Notes: generated by a model not told the origin, from the sequence alone. Shown: positions 1 to 10,698, counted from the stretch's first letter. The stretch is DNA of 64,000 bases from Patescibacteria group bacterium (GCA_026397045.1 JAPLVO010000012.1:10654-74653), one strand, 5' to 3'. A program made the numbers and translations.

Positions 1-380
1 CTATCTCTGCCTCTATGGGCGGGCCAGGCGAATATTTTATCGGCTTGTCATTCGTTAGCCAGGAGGTTATCCAAAAGATGAACAATAGTTATGCAGGGAA
101 TAATTACCCCACAGATGTTCTTAGCTTCGACTACTCTGATTCCGTCAAAGGTGGGGCAATAGGAGATATAGCTGTCTGTACACAGCTAGCCAAGGCCCAA
201 GCAAAAGAGTATGATACTTCACTCGAAGCCGAATTAAGCCTGTTGGTTGTGCATGGCGCTCTACATATTCTAGGAGAAGACCACCAGACAAATGCCGAAA
301 TCACTAGCCTAGACCAGCTCCAGAGTGATATTATGAGTACTATGAACTATAAATATAGAGATTTCAAATGGTCTCATTAG
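1..380 (+). CDS. ybeY: Endoribonuclease YbeY (rRNA maturation factor). The 5' end is truncated by the window edge.
   Basis: The translation contains the HGALHILGEDH zinc-binding H-x3-H-x5-H motif typical of YbeY. The ORF is open to position 1. Confidence 0.85.
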   Translation, partial: ISASMGGPGEYFIGLSFVSQEVIQKMNNSYAGNNYPTDVLSFDYSDSVKGGAIGDIAVCTQLAKAQAKEYDTSLEAELSLLVVHGALHILGEDHQTNAEITSLDQLQSDIMSTMNYKYRDFKWSH

Positions 381-736
381 CTAGCTTTAAATATGCAGCC
401 AGAGGGCTTAAGGAAGTTATTAGCTCTGAGCGTAATGCCAAGATCCACCTCTTTTTTGCAGTTTTAGCGATTATTCTTTCGATTGTGCTGAGAATAGGCA
501 AACTAGAGTTCTTATTTGTTTTCTTGTCCATAGTACTGGTGTTTTTTGCCGAGATAATTAACACTGCAATGGAGAAGTCATTGGATCTTATTAGCCAAGA
601 GAATAATCACTTGGTTCAACAGACTAAAGACATGATGGCCGCTGCTGTGCTAGTTACAGCGATCGGTTCTTTGGTGGTTGCTGCGGCGGTTTTCGCCCCC
701 TATATCTGGGAATTAATAATCTCGATCAAGAAATGA
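368..736 (+). CDS. dgkA: Diacylglycerol kinase / undecaprenol kinase family membrane protein
   Basis: A 122-aa protein with 3 transmembrane segments and a DgkA-like N-terminus (FKYAARGL...HLFFAVLAI). The ybeY-dgkA adjacency is common. Confidence 0.7.
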   Translation: MVSLASFKYAARGLKEVISSERNAKIHLFFAVLAIILSIVLRIGKLEFLFVFLSIVLVFFAEIINTAMEKSLDLISQENNHLVQQTKDMMAAAVLVTAIGSLVVAAAVFAPYIWELIISIKK

Positions 737-1278
737 AGAAGCTACTTGTGGTAATAGGCTTACCCGGGTCTGGCAAGGATACCCAGATAGCCTTGTTATC
801 TGAAAGGCGCCCCGTTGAAGTTATTAGGGTTGGAGAAATGACCCGATTAGTAGGACAGAAAGATCCTTTAGTTGCCCAGGCTTTAAAAGACGGCGATCTA
901 GCTGATGATGATATCGTGAACTCTTTAATATTGAACCGTATCAGCAATGTAGTAGACGGTGGTTACCTGGTATCGAATGGCTTCCCTCGCAGCATCAGCC
1001 AGGCTAAGTGGCTAGATCAACTTGTCTCTGATCGAGTTTTGCAGATAGATAAAGTAATTCTAATATCCATTAGTGATAATGAGGCGCTTATTAGGCTGCG
1101 TAAACGAGGCAGGGGCGATGACGATGAAAAGACTATCAAGCACAGGGTAGCTGTGTATCATGAATTCACTGATCAAGTACTAGATTACTACAAGTCGGTT
1201 GGCAAGCTAATTATTGTGGATGGCGGCGGAAGCCCAGATGAAGTCTCGAAAATAGTATCTTCGAGGTTAGGTTGGTAG
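733..1278 (+). CDS. adk: Adenylate kinase
   Basis: P-loop GLPGSGKDTQ and a LID region R-x-RGR-x-DD-x-E with C-terminal VYHEFTDQVLDYY. Followed by map, as in the secY-adk-map arrangement. Confidence 0.8.
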   Translation: MKKLLVVIGLPGSGKDTQIALLSERRPVEVIRVGEMTRLVGQKDPLVAQALKDGDLADDDIVNSLILNRISNVVDGGYLVSNGFPRSISQAKWLDQLVSDRVLQIDKVILISISDNEALIRLRKRGRGDDDEKTIKHRVAVYHEFTDQVLDYYKSVGKLIIVDGGGSPDEVSKIVSSRLGW

Positions 1279-2021
1279 TAACTAAGATAAAATCTGCCGA
1301 AGAGGTTGATAATATGAGACAGAGCGGAAAGATACTGACTATGGTTCTAGACAAGCTTGTAGAATCGGCTAGACCAGGTGTGACACCCAAGGACCTAGAT
1401 GCAATCGCCCGTAAAGAAACCAAAAGACTCGGTGGGTTGCCGGCATTTTTAGGCTACCAGGGTTTTCCCGCAACCGTTTGTGTTTCTGTAAACAATGAAA
1501 TAGTCCATGCCATACCCAACCTCCGAGAGCTAAAAATGGGCGACTTAGTTGGGATAGACTATGGGGTTAGCTATCGAGGTATGATCACAGATGCAGCTCG
1601 TACTATCTCTATTGGTAAGCCCAACAAGTATTCTAAGATCCTGATTGCTGGCTGCTATGAGGCCCTCCAAGAAGCAATATCAATATTGCGAAATGGTGTT
1701 AAGGTAGGCGATGTCAGTTCCATTATCGAGAAAACTCTAGCAAAGCATGGTGTTCGCCCAATATATAGCCTTACAGGGCATGGCGTTGGGCACGAATTAC
1801 ATGAAGACCCTGTAATTCCTAATTATGGGACTGAAGGGTCGGGCGAGGTCTTAAAGACCGGCATGACAGTGGCTATAGAGCCAATCGCATCGACCAGCAC
1901 TAATGATCTGTATTTAGCAGATGATGGCTGGACTTACATGACTAGAGACGGCTCCCTTAGTGCTCAATTTGAGAACACTCTCTTGATTACAGACGAAGGT
2001 TGTGAGGTGCTAGCTAGCTAG
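1272..2021 (+). CDS. map: Methionine aminopeptidase type I
   Basis: Motifs GHGVGHELHEDP and AIEP, and an N-terminus aligning to IKTxEEIExMRxAG. TTG start overlaps the adk stop. Confidence 0.9.
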   Translation: MVVTKIKSAEEVDNMRQSGKILTMVLDKLVESARPGVTPKDLDAIARKETKRLGGLPAFLGYQGFPATVCVSVNNEIVHAIPNLRELKMGDLVGIDYGVSYRGMITDAARTISIGKPNKYSKILIAGCYEALQEAISILRNGVKVGDVSSIIEKTLAKHGVRPIYSLTGHGVGHELHEDPVIPNYGTEGSGEVLKTGMTVAIEPIASTSTNDLYLADDGWTYMTRDGSLSAQFENTLLITDEGCEVLAS

Positions 2022-2066
2022 CTATTTGCAACTGAGGCCAATGGCCGAGTATAATAGTAATAGATT

Positions 2067-3302
2067 ATGACAGCAAAAAATGAACAAACCTTCGTAGGCT
2101 TAGATATTGGTTCTAGCAGAGTCATCTGTGTAGTTGGTCTTTACCAGCAGGATTCTCCTACCCCTAGCATTATTGGCCTTGGGGAGTCGCCAACTTCTGG
2201 ATTACGCCGTGGGTTAGTGGTTGATGTTGAGGAGACAGTGAGCTCCATAACTGCCGCCCTAGAGGGAGCAGAGAGAATGAGTGGGATAGCCATCGAGCGA
2301 GCCACGGTATCAATTGACGGACATCATATACGCAGCCTTAACTCTCGAGCAGTTATTGCTGTGTCTAGAGCTGATAGGGAAATTACCAAGGAAGAATTGG
2401 CTCGGGCAGAGCAGTCTGCGACATCGGTTCCCTTAGATGCGAACAGACAAGTACTTCAAGTGCTACCTAGAAGCTACAGTGTTGACGGCCAAAAAGGGGT
2501 TGCAGATCCCGTAGGAATGAACGGGATTAGGCTGGAGGCCGACATGCACATCATTACTGGCTCTACCCCAGCTCTGAAAAATCTTCATAATGCAGTGTTT
2601 CGGTCGGGTATTCAAATCAATAGTCAGTTAATAGTTCCCTTGGCTGCAGCCAAGACGGTGATCACAAAAAAGCAAATGGAACTCGGAGTAGTGTTAATAC
2701 ATATTGGGGCTGAAACTACTGGGGTCGCCGTGTACAAGGAAGGGCAGCTTTTTTACACTGCAATATTTCCATTTGGCTCTAGTAATATTACCAGAGATAT
2801 TGTCTATGGGCTCAGGACAAGTATGGAGATAGCCGAAAAGGTTAAATTAAAATACGCCAAGGCCCACCGGCCTAACCAAAAGCACCAGCATAAAATAGAT
2901 CTCAGTGAATTTGGCGGCAAAGGTATAGTCAACAGTTATGATCTAGATAGAATAGTATATGCTAGGTGCAATGAAATGTTTAATATAATTGCTAATCAGA
3001 TCGACAAGGTAGATGCAAAAAAACAATTAGCTGCAGGGGTAGTTATTTCTGGTGGAGGAGCCAATATGGATGGCATGGTAGATTTTATATCAGAGCAACT
3101 AAAACTCCCCACAGCTATCGGCGTGTCGCATAAGTACACTGGCGTTACTGACAAAATCACTGATCCAGGCTACGCCGCAGCTATAGGGCTGATGCTACAA
3201 GACATGGATAGCCCTATAATCCCAAGTACCAACCCCCTTGAAGGAATAATTGGCAACATAGGTTCTAAGCTAAAATCAATATTTAAAAGTCTCACACCCT
3301 AA
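2067..3302 (+). CDS. ftsA: Cell division protein FtsA
   Basis: Actin-fold N-terminus GLDIGSSRVICVVG and ISGGGANMDG near the C-terminus. Located immediately upstream of ftsZ. Confidence 0.9.
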   Translation: MTAKNEQTFVGLDIGSSRVICVVGLYQQDSPTPSIIGLGESPTSGLRRGLVVDVEETVSSITAALEGAERMSGIAIERATVSIDGHHIRSLNSRAVIAVSRADREITKEELARAEQSATSVPLDANRQVLQVLPRSYSVDGQKGVADPVGMNGIRLEADMHIITGSTPALKNLHNAVFRSGIQINSQLIVPLAAAKTVITKKQMELGVVLIHIGAETTGVAVYKEGQLFYTAIFPFGSSNITRDIVYGLRTSMEIAEKVKLKYAKAHRPNQKHQHKIDLSEFGGKGIVNSYDLDRIVYARCNEMFNIIANQIDKVDAKKQLAAGVVISGGGANMDGMVDFISEQLKLPTAIGVSHKYTGVTDKITDPGYAAAIGLMLQDMDSPIIPSTNPLEGIIGNIGSKLKSIFKSLTP

Positions 3303-3593
3303 TCCTGTAACTCATTTATTAAAATAGCTGGTATGCTTCATCAGACTCTTATTGCTGGTGTAATCCCGGCGCTATATTTTTAGACGAATAAATTATTAAA
3401 TGTAATGAACACATTTTTTACAGGTGTAGTATTCATAAAAAAGTCGAACAAATATGTTGCATAAGCCTGATACTTTAGGTATACTAAATGTATCTTTTGT
3501 GGTGGTACGCAATTGATATGTGGTAAGGCAGAATGTATCTGGAGGGCTCGAGAAGCCTTCCCAAGCAATTATCAAATAGTGAGGATTAATATC

Positions 3594-5036
3594 ATGGCAG
3601 AAATCTTACCCGAAATTGAAACATTTGCACGCATCAAAGTTGTTGGTGTGGGTGGCGGCGGAGGTAACGCCTTGAATAGAATGGTTCAATCCAAATTAAG
3701 AGGCATCGACTTTGTCGGTATTAACACAGACGCCCAAGCACTACATTATTCTCAGGCCAACACCAAAGTCCATATTGGTAAAGAAGCCACAAGAGGCTTG
3801 GGCGCAGGTGCTAATCCTGAGGTTGGTCGTCAGGCTGCAGAAGAGAGTGAAGAGGCTATATATAATTCTCTAAAGCACTCGGAGATGGTGTTTATTACAG
3901 CTGGCTATGGAGGAGGTACTGGTTCGGGTGCAGCCCCCGTAGTGGCCAGGATAGCCAAGGAAATAGGGGCCCTTACTGTAGCGATTGTAACCAAGCCATT
4001 TAGTTTTGAAGGGGATCGTAGGCGAAAGATAGCTGAGGCAGGAATCGAGGAGCTCCGCGACAAAGTCGATACACTTATAATTATCCCTAACGATCGCATC
4101 CTTCAACTAGTTGATCGTAAAACAACTCTGCTTGATGCTTTTGGAACTGTCGATGATGTCTTAAAACAAGGCGTCCAGGGCATAGCAGACCTTATCACCG
4201 TAAACGGCCTCGTGAATCTTGATTTCGCAGATGTTAAATCTATTATGAGCAATGCTGGGTCAGCCTTGATGGGCATCGGACAGGGCTCTGGTGATACCCG
4301 TGCCATAGACGCTGTTAAGTTCGCAATGGACTCTCCGCTGCTTGAGGTTTCTATACAAGGGGCTAAGGGCGTACTGATCAACTTTACCGGTGGCCGCGAT
4401 ATGGGCATGCATGAAATCGAAGAAGCAGCAAAACTAATTCACGATTCTGTCGACCCAGAAGCTAACATTATTTGGGGCACAGTTCTTGATGAAAATATGA
4501 CAGGCGAAATAAGGGTCACTCTAGTTGCGACAGGGTTTGATGCAGATCGTAACTCTCATAGTCCATACATGGTTAAGTCTCATTCATCAGATAATATGGA
4601 TTTAGGTAGTGACACTAGTAGCGATATTTTTGGGACCCCAGAGGCAAATTCCGACGAGGAGCAAGGTATCGGGGCATCATTATCGACGCCTTTTTTAAGA
4701 TCTCACGGTTCTCGCCCCGTATTTCATGACGAACCTGAGCCTATGGTAAAGCCTACTATTGAACCCAAAGACGCTACAGAAACCACTAACGAGCAAAAAC
4801 TTGAAGAAGATCTAATAGGCTTTGATTTCGAAGGTCATGAATTTGAAAAGGAATCGTCTCCTAAGGATTTTCCACAAGAACCAATTATAGAAACAATACC
4901 ATCCAGCTTTGACCAAGACGATATGGACGGTGATGATATGGATCTACCATCATACAAAAGAGATGGGGTGGAGATAGATGAGCCAAAGTCGCCAGATGAC
5001 GACGACATACCAAGCTTCGTAAAGAAGAAGCTCTAG
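3594..5036 (+). CDS. ftsZ: Cell division protein FtsZ, with a long acidic disordered linker and a conserved C-terminal peptide
   Basis: [13 protein letters not shown] and [17 protein letters not shown] tubulin motifs. C-terminal [13 protein letters not shown] resembles the FtsA/ZipA-binding tail. Start chosen at the ATG at 3594 preceded by GTGAGGA; the ORF track begins earlier at 3513. Confidence 0.93.
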   Translation: MAEILPEIETFARIKVVGVGGGGGNALNRMVQSKLRGIDFVGINTDAQALHYSQANTKVHIGKEATRGLGAGANPEVGRQAAEESEEAIYNSLKHSEMVFITAGYGGGTGSGAAPVVARIAKEIGALTVAIVTKPFSFEGDRRRKIAEAGIEELRDKVDTLIIIPNDRILQLVDRKTTLLDAFGTVDDVLKQGVQGIADLITVNGLVNLDFADVKSIMSNAGSALMGIGQGSGDTRAIDAVKFAMDSPLLEVSIQGAKGVLINFTGGRDMGMHEIEEAAKLIHDSVDPEANIIWGTVLDENMTGEIRVTLVATGFDADRNSHSPYMVKSHSSDNMDLGSDTSSDIFGTPEANSDEEQGIGASLSTPFLRSHGSRPVFHDEPEPMVKPTIEPKDATETTNEQKLEEDLIGFDFEGHEFEKESSPKDFPQEPIIETIPSSFDQDDMDGDDMDLPSYKRDGVEIDEPKSPDDDDIPSFVKKKL

Positions 5037-5043
5037 CAATATA

Positions 5044-5502
5044 ATGAAGTGTCCCGTCTGCATGAAGCAAGCTAGCCGGGTGCTAGAGTCGCGCGATGTT
5101 GAGGAATCTGGTGCTATTCGTCGAAGGAGAGAATGTACAGACTGCCTGCATCGCTTTACGACCTATGAAAGGCTGGAGGTCCCTAACTTAATGATTGTAA
5201 AGAAAAATGGAGATAGAGAGTTATTTGATCGCCATAAGTTATCCAGGGGCATTTATAAGGCGCTTGAAAAGCGCCCAGTCAAATCTGATAAAATTGAGCT
5301 TGTAATATCTGAGATTGAGCGACGCTGCCGTGGCCTCGGTAAGGTCGAGATACCCTCCAGAAAGATAGGGCAAGTTGTCATGGAGGAGCTATTATCAACA
5401 GACGATGTGGCTTATGTGCGCTTTGCCAGTGTGTATAGAAGTTTTACTACTCTTGATAGCTTCGAAAAGGAGTTGGAGAAAATCCGAAAGCTACATAGTT
5501 AG
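5044..5502 (+). CDS. nrdR: Transcriptional repressor NrdR
   Basis: N-terminal zinc ribbon MKCPVC...C..C followed by an ATP-cone. Begins 8 nt after ftsZ, so probably co-transcribed. Confidence 0.9.
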   Translation: MKCPVCMKQASRVLESRDVEESGAIRRRRECTDCLHRFTTYERLEVPNLMIVKKNGDRELFDRHKLSRGIYKALEKRPVKSDKIELVISEIERRCRGLGKVEIPSRKIGQVVMEELLSTDDVAYVRFASVYRSFTTLDSFEKELEKIRKLHS

Positions 5503-5507
5503 TTGTT

Positions 5508-5792
5508 GTGCTAAAATATACAATAATGAAAGTAATATTATTCACTAATGGAAAAATATCTAGCACCAACGACTATAAGCTGCGGCAGCTAGACGCAGTT
5601 TTTAAATCTAGTAAAATATCACTCGAGACCATCGATACCCAGACTAAGTTAGGCGGAGACATGGCTAGCAGCTATGGGATAATGGATTATCCCTCTCTCG
5701 TAATAGTGCGTGAAGATGGCGGGGTACAAGGTTTTTGGCAGGCTGATTTACCCAGCCGAGATCAGCTTAGCCAAGCTATTGGTTATCTGTAG
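5508..5792 (+). CDS. Hypothetical small protein, possibly thioredoxin-like fold without CxxC
   Basis: A 94-aa ORF directly downstream of nrdR. No recognisable catalytic motif. Confidence 0.4.
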   Translation: MLKYTIMKVILFTNGKISSTNDYKLRQLDAVFKSSKISLETIDTQTKLGGDMASSYGIMDYPSLVIVREDGGVQGFWQADLPSRDQLSQAIGYL

Positions 5793-5855
5793 CCAAGTTA
5801 TTATTGAATCAAGCAATCGTCTCTATCCTATTCTACCTGGCAACCAAGACAGATA

Positions 5856-6130
5856 TTGAATATCAGCAGCTATTGAAGTATAATTTAATCGTTGAAATAG
5901 CAATAAAAAGCGTCTTGCCAATTCCACCGGCAATAAAGTGGTTATCAGCCACATAGCTACAGAAAGAACCGCTCAAAACTGTTTTGAAGCCTAGTAGAGT
6001 CTGTCGCAGTCACCTGCGTTGTTAAAGTGAAATTAAGAGCCACACCCTATGGAAGCAGGATGGTACCGTCTCGAGTCATTCGAGATTCCTGCATAGTCTA
6101 TGGGGTTTTGTTATAAATAAGGAGCTCAAA
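5856..6130 (+). promoter_or_regulatory. Promoter plus a long leader upstream of ileS, containing a candidate Ile-specific T-box riboswitch
   Basis: TTGAAT (5856-5861), a 17-nt spacer and TATAAT (5879-5884) are followed by a leader of about 240 nt. An ATC-A triplet at 5944-5947 sits in a loop-like context. A short hairpin CGCAG/CTGCG lies at 6005-6018. An antiterminator-shaped element at 6055-6092 consists of helix GCAGGA/TCCTGC enclosing a 7-nt bulge UGGUACC and an inner helix GUCUCG/CGAGAU. It fits the T-box consensus AGGGUGGNACCGCG in 11 of 14 positions. Confidence 0.4.
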
Positions 6131-9031
6131 ATGAAAAAACTAGCCAGCTATAATCAAAAAAATATCGAGCACAGCATTCTAGATTTCTGGAACAAAAATG
6201 ATATTTTTGAAAAATCACTTGAAAAAACAAAAGGCGGAGAAAGATTTAGCTTTTACGATGGGCCACCTTTTGCAAACGGCCTTCCTCATTTTGGGCATAG
6301 CTTGGTCACTAGTATCAAAGATTCAATAGGTCGCTATCAAACCATGCGTGGTCGTTATGTGGAGCGCCAAAATGGCTGGGATTGTCATGGGCTACCAGTT
6401 GAGTTTGCTATCGAGAAGCAATTTGGAGTATCGGGTAAACAGCAAATTACAGAGCTGGGAATTGAAAAATTCAATCAAGCCTGCCGCGACTCCGTTTTCA
6501 CTTACAAAAAAGACTGGGAACAGTTTTTTGAGCGCATGGGTCGCTGGTCAGACACCAAAAACGCCTATGCCACAATAGACACTAGCTATACCGAATCAGT
6601 ATGGTGGGTGATGTCGCAAATTCACAAAAAAGGCCTACTCTACAAGGGCTACAAGTGTATGCCTTACTGCCCAAGATGCGCCACGCCACTTAGTAATTTT
6701 GAGGTAAATGAGGGCTATAAAGATGATGTAGAAGACCCCAGCCTGTATGTTAAGTTTAAGCTCAAGGGTGAAGATGTCAGTTTGATTGCATGGACAACAA
6801 CCCCATGGAGCCTTCCTGGTAATGCCGCCCTTGCAGTTAACCAAGATGCTGAATATGTAAAGCTTCAGCTTAGTGATGACTCTGGCAATACTGAACAAGT
6901 GATTGTCGCCAAAAACAGAGTAGAAGCCCTCAACAGTGAAAGCTATCAAGTGATAGATCAGTTTTTGGGCAAAGAGCTGGTAGGAAAATCATATTTGCCT
7001 GTTTTTGAGCTTGAAGATTTAGCGCCCTCAGAAAATCTCTACAAGATTTGGTCTGCAGACTTTGTTAGCATAGAAGACGGTACCGGTATTTTGCATGTGG
7101 CTCCAGCTTTTGGTGAAGATGATCTTAGCTTGTCTGTTGAAAAGCAAATACCCGTTCTGCAAACCGTTAGTGCCGAAGGTAAAATAAAACCGGGCACTGG
7201 GCTAGCAGAAGTAGATGGTAAGTTTTTCAAGGGGGCAGATAAGATTATAATAGCCCACCTCACAGAACTTGGGCTAGTTTACGGCGCTGAAACATTTAAG
7301 CATACTTATCCTTTTTGCTATCGTTGTGACACGCCGCTACTATACTACGCAATTGACACTTGGTTTGTGTCGGTTTCAAAAATAAAAGACCAGCTAGCCG
7401 AGTCAGCCAAAGATATTACCTGGCACCCAGATCATATTAAAGACGGCCGATTCGGTAAATGGCTAGAAGGAGCTCGGGATTGGGCAGTGAGCCGTAACCG
7501 ATACTGGGGTGCACCAATGCCAATCTGGGTAAATACCCAAGACGAATCTGACTATCTAGTTATAGAGAGTATTGAGCAGCTCAAATCTCTGGCCGTGGGT
7601 GATCCAAAACTCACTGATTTGCACCGACCCTTCATAGACGATGTAATTATCGAAAAAGAAGGCAAAACTTATAAGCGCATAGAAGAAGTGATAGATTGCT
7701 GGTTTGAATCTGGCTCAATGCCGTACGCCAAAGGCCACTATCCTTTTGAGAATGCTGATCAATTTGGACAGTCATTTGGGGCCGACTACATAGGTGAAGG
7801 CCTAGACCAAACCCGCCTGTGGTTTTATGTCTTGCATGTAATTTCTACGATCGTGTCAGATAAGCCAGCCTACAAAAATGTTTTGGTAAATGGCATGATT
7901 ATGGCAGCAGACGGCAGAAAGTTATCAAAGAGCCTCAAGAACTATCCACCTATTGAAGATGTACTAGATGACGAGGGAGCCGACAGCCTACGCTTTTATC
8001 TGCTCTCTAGCGATCCAGCCATGTCTGGAGACTACATGCGCTTTGATAGGGCTGGGCTTAAGGATGTTCAGCGTAATTTATTTATGACAATCAACAATAG
8101 CGTGTCTTTTTTGGGAATGTACGCAGAAATTGACGGCTGGAAACCAAGCTCACTGGGCACACCGCAAAAACTCACCAACCCTCTAGACATCTGGCTAGTT
8201 GAGATGGTCAAGCAGGCATCTAGTATTGCTACAAAATCTGCCGACAGCTTTGAGATATCTAAGGCCACCTGGCAGGTATATGAGCTAACTCAGGAGCTTT
8301 CTAATTGGTACATTCGCCGCAGCAGAAGGCGCTTCTGGAAAAGTGAAGATGATAGCGATAAGAAAGACGCTTATCGCACTCTACATTGGGCACTGGTAAG
8401 CATTTGCCAAATGTTAGCACCCTGGTCGCCGTTTATTAGCGACTATTACTATAAGTACCTGACAGATGGTATGCAAGACGCCGAAGAGTCGGTGCATTTG
8501 AGTAAATGGCCTAGCTTTGATCAGGCTGATCAGTCAGTACTTGCCAGTATGGTGAGTGTGCGGCAAGCTGTAAACGACGGATTGGCCGAAAGAGCCAAGG
8601 CTGGCATAAAGGTTCGCCAGCCACTTGCTAGCGCAGTAATAAACTCACCAAACAGCATAAGTAAAGACCTTGAGCAAATAATCGCCGAAGAGCTGAACAC
8701 TAAAAAGATTGTTGTAAAAAGCGCTGAGGAACTTTCGGTGGTCTTGGACACAAATATTACTCAAACCCTCAAAAATGAAGGCATTGCTAGGGATATTATT
8801 CGCAACATACAGCAGGCCCGCAAAGATGCAGGCTTACAGATAGAAAATCGTATTAAATTAAGTCTTTTTAGCCCATCTGGAGGACTCAATATGGCTATAA
8901 ATGAGTTCACTAATATCATTTCAAAAGAGACCCTTTCTGTGGAGTTTTATGCCACCCCGAAGGCTTACGGCTATACCAAAACAGCCATAGTAGATGGCCA
9001 GGAATTGATAATTGAACTAGAAGCTAAATGA
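6131..9031 (+). CDS. ileS: Isoleucyl-tRNA synthetase
   Basis: PPFANGLPHFGHSL (HIGH region) and KLSKSLKN (KMSKS), with a CP1 editing domain. 966 aa. Confidence 0.9.
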   Translation: MKKLASYNQKNIEHSILDFWNKNDIFEKSLEKTKGGERFSFYDGPPFANGLPHFGHSLVTSIKDSIGRYQTMRGRYVERQNGWDCHGLPVEFAIEKQFGVSGKQQITELGIEKFNQACRDSVFTYKKDWEQFFERMGRWSDTKNAYATIDTSYTESVWWVMSQIHKKGLLYKGYKCMPYCPRCATPLSNFEVNEGYKDDVEDPSLYVKFKLKGEDVSLIAWTTTPWSLPGNAALAVNQDAEYVKLQLSDDSGNTEQVIVAKNRVEALNSESYQVIDQFLGKELVGKSYLPVFELEDLAPSENLYKIWSADFVSIEDGTGILHVAPAFGEDDLSLSVEKQIPVLQTVSAEGKIKPGTGLAEVDGKFFKGADKIIIAHLTELGLVYGAETFKHTYPFCYRCDTPLLYYAIDTWFVSVSKIKDQLAESAKDITWHPDHIKDGRFGKWLEGARDWAVSRNRYWGAPMPIWVNTQDESDYLVIESIEQLKSLAVGDPKLTDLHRPFIDDVIIEKEGKTYKRIEEVIDCWFESGSMPYAKGHYPFENADQFGQSFGADYIGEGLDQTRLWFYVLHVISTIVSDKPAYKNVLVNGMIMAADGRKLSKSLKNYPPIEDVLDDEGADSLRFYLLSSDPAMSGDYMRFDRAGLKDVQRNLFMTINNSVSFLGMYAEIDGWKPSSLGTPQKLTNPLDIWLVEMVKQASSIATKSADSFEISKATWQVYELTQELSNWYIRRSRRRFWKSEDDSDKKDAYRTLHWALVSICQMLAPWSPFISDYYYKYLTDGMQDAEESVHLSKWPSFDQADQSVLASMVSVRQAVNDGLAERAKAGIKVRQPLASAVINSPNSISKDLEQIIAEELNTKKIVVKSAEELSVVLDTNITQTLKNEGIARDIIRNIQQARKDAGLQIENRIKLSLFSPSGGLNMAINEFTNIISKETLSVEFYATPKAYGYTKTAIVDGQELIIELEAK

Positions 9032-10155
9032 AAAAAAGGCCGATTTGGAAGCTAGGTAGTTACGATAATTTGCTGCTAGCTGCCAGTACGCTACTAGTTA
9101 TATTGGGCCTTATAGTGTTGTATTCACTGGGAGTACGGGCCAAGCAAGTATCAAACCAGTTAGATACGACAAGACAAATTGTTTACGCTCTGGTTGGTCT
9201 GCTATTAATGGTCGTAGCATCCAGGAATGATTATAAGATTCTTAAAAGCTATAGTGGAGTTTTGTATATTTTTATGATAGCTACCTTGCTGGCTGTGGAG
9301 TTTTTTGGCGCAACTCGCCTAGGTGCGACGCGCTGGATCGCGATTGGCCCCTTCCAGTTTCAGCCCTCAGAACTTTCAAAATTAATTCTCATAGTGGTCC
9401 TTGCTAAATTTTATTCACAAAATTACGACTTTACAGACCAACTTAGGAACTTAGTTAAGTCTTTAGTATATACTTTACCAGCTGTATTCCTCGTTCTCGT
9501 CCAGCCGGACTTAGGTACTGCGATCGTACTTGGGTTTATCTGGCTTGCTATGACACTAGCAACAAGAGTAAAAAAGAAATATATCTTAGCGATGATTGTG
9601 GGCATTATTGTCCTTTTCCCAGTTATATATCCGAACCTCAAGACCTACCAAAGACAAAGGGTAAATACATTTCTTCAGCCAGCCTCCGATCCAAGCGGCA
9701 CCGGCTATAATGTCAATCAAGCGATTATAGCTGTAGGCTCAGGTGGCGTATCAGGGCAGGGCTTAGCAAGCGGCGGCCAGACTCAAGGTAATTTCTTGCC
9801 AAGTTCACATACCGACTTTATTTTTGCAGTTTTGGCAGAGAAGTTGGGCTTCGTCGGCGCGCTTGTTTGTATTCTACTATTCGCTGCAGTAATTGCCAGG
9901 ATAGTGATGGACGCTAGCCTTAGCCAGGATAGGTTCGGTAGCTTGCTTTGCATTGGCATCGCGGCGATGTTTATTATTCATGTTTTTGTAAATATCGGTA
10001 TGAACCTCGGTATAATGCCTGTCACTGGGATACCTCTACCTTTTATATCTGCGGGCGGTACTAGCATGATGGCGAGTTTATTTTCAGTAGGTATCGTACA
10101 AAGTGTTTATTCTAGGCGCAGAGGCCGAGAGCTAAAGGATACGGAGTTAGTGTGA
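9028..10155 (+). CDS. SEDS-family peptidoglycan glycosyltransferase (FtsW/RodA)
   Basis: A 375-aa polytopic membrane protein with SEDS-like motifs (PDLGTA, GxxGxxGQG...FIFAV). ATG overlaps the ileS stop. Confidence 0.85.
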   Translation: MKKRPIWKLGSYDNLLLAASTLLVILGLIVLYSLGVRAKQVSNQLDTTRQIVYALVGLLLMVVASRNDYKILKSYSGVLYIFMIATLLAVEFFGATRLGATRWIAIGPFQFQPSELSKLILIVVLAKFYSQNYDFTDQLRNLVKSLVYTLPAVFLVLVQPDLGTAIVLGFIWLAMTLATRVKKKYILAMIVGIIVLFPVIYPNLKTYQRQRVNTFLQPASDPSGTGYNVNQAIIAVGSGGVSGQGLASGGQTQGNFLPSSHTDFIFAVLAEKLGFVGALVCILLFAAVIARIVMDASLSQDRFGSLLCIGIAAMFIIHVFVNIGMNLGIMPVTGIPLPFISAGGTSMMASLFSVGIVQSVYSRRRGRELKDTELV

Positions 10156-10682
10156 AGCACAATAAAAAACTTATCATATTTGGGGCTGGATTGCTGGTGT
10201 TAGGCTGGAGCTTGGCGTTTGGCAGGCCAAATAAGGGCACTGTCGCAGCCCAGGACGAATATGAGGTAAAAAATGTCATAGATGGCGACACATTGGAGAT
10301 AGTAAGATTTGGGAAAAATGAGAAAGTAAGATTTATAGGCATTGATACGCCCGAAACTTTGGACCCAAGAAAGCCAGTTCAATGCTTCGGAGAGCAGGCT
10401 TCCCAAAAGTCAAAGGATCGGCTATCGGGCAAAGTAGTTAGGATTGAGTTTGACCCAGTTGTAGGGGAAAGAGATAAGTATAATAGGCTACTGGCATATG
10501 TCTGGGTAAATGGCACAGAGCTATATAACCTTGAATTGCTTGAGCAAGGTTTTGCTCATGAGTATACCTATAGATCCCAAAGCTATAAGTACCAGAGCGC
10601 ATTTAAGCAAGCTGAAATGTCAGCTAAAAGTTCAGGCTTAGGGCTGTGGAGTAGTGATACCTGTTCGGGTATTACAAAATAG
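10152..10682 (+). CDS. Secreted thermonuclease (staphylococcal-nuclease-like, SNase fold)
   Basis: Signal peptide, then DGDTLEIV...VRFIGIDTPE matching the SNase active-site region. GTG start overlaps the upstream stop. Confidence 0.8.
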   Translation: MKHNKKLIIFGAGLLVLGWSLAFGRPNKGTVAAQDEYEVKNVIDGDTLEIVRFGKNEKVRFIGIDTPETLDPRKPVQCFGEQASQKSKDRLSGKVVRIEFDPVVGERDKYNRLLAYVWVNGTELYNLELLEQGFAHEYTYRSQSYKYQSAFKQAEMSAKSSGLGLWSSDTCSGITK

Positions 10683-10698
10683 CTGTATACTAGTAGTC

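Noticed and set aside
3303-3593. A 290-bp AT-rich gap between ftsA and ftsZ, considered as a possible ncRNA
   Set aside because: It contains promoter-like AT-rich sequence and the ftsZ SD. The 62-aa minus ORF there is implausible. There are no structured hairpins, so it is most simply the ftsZ promoter region.
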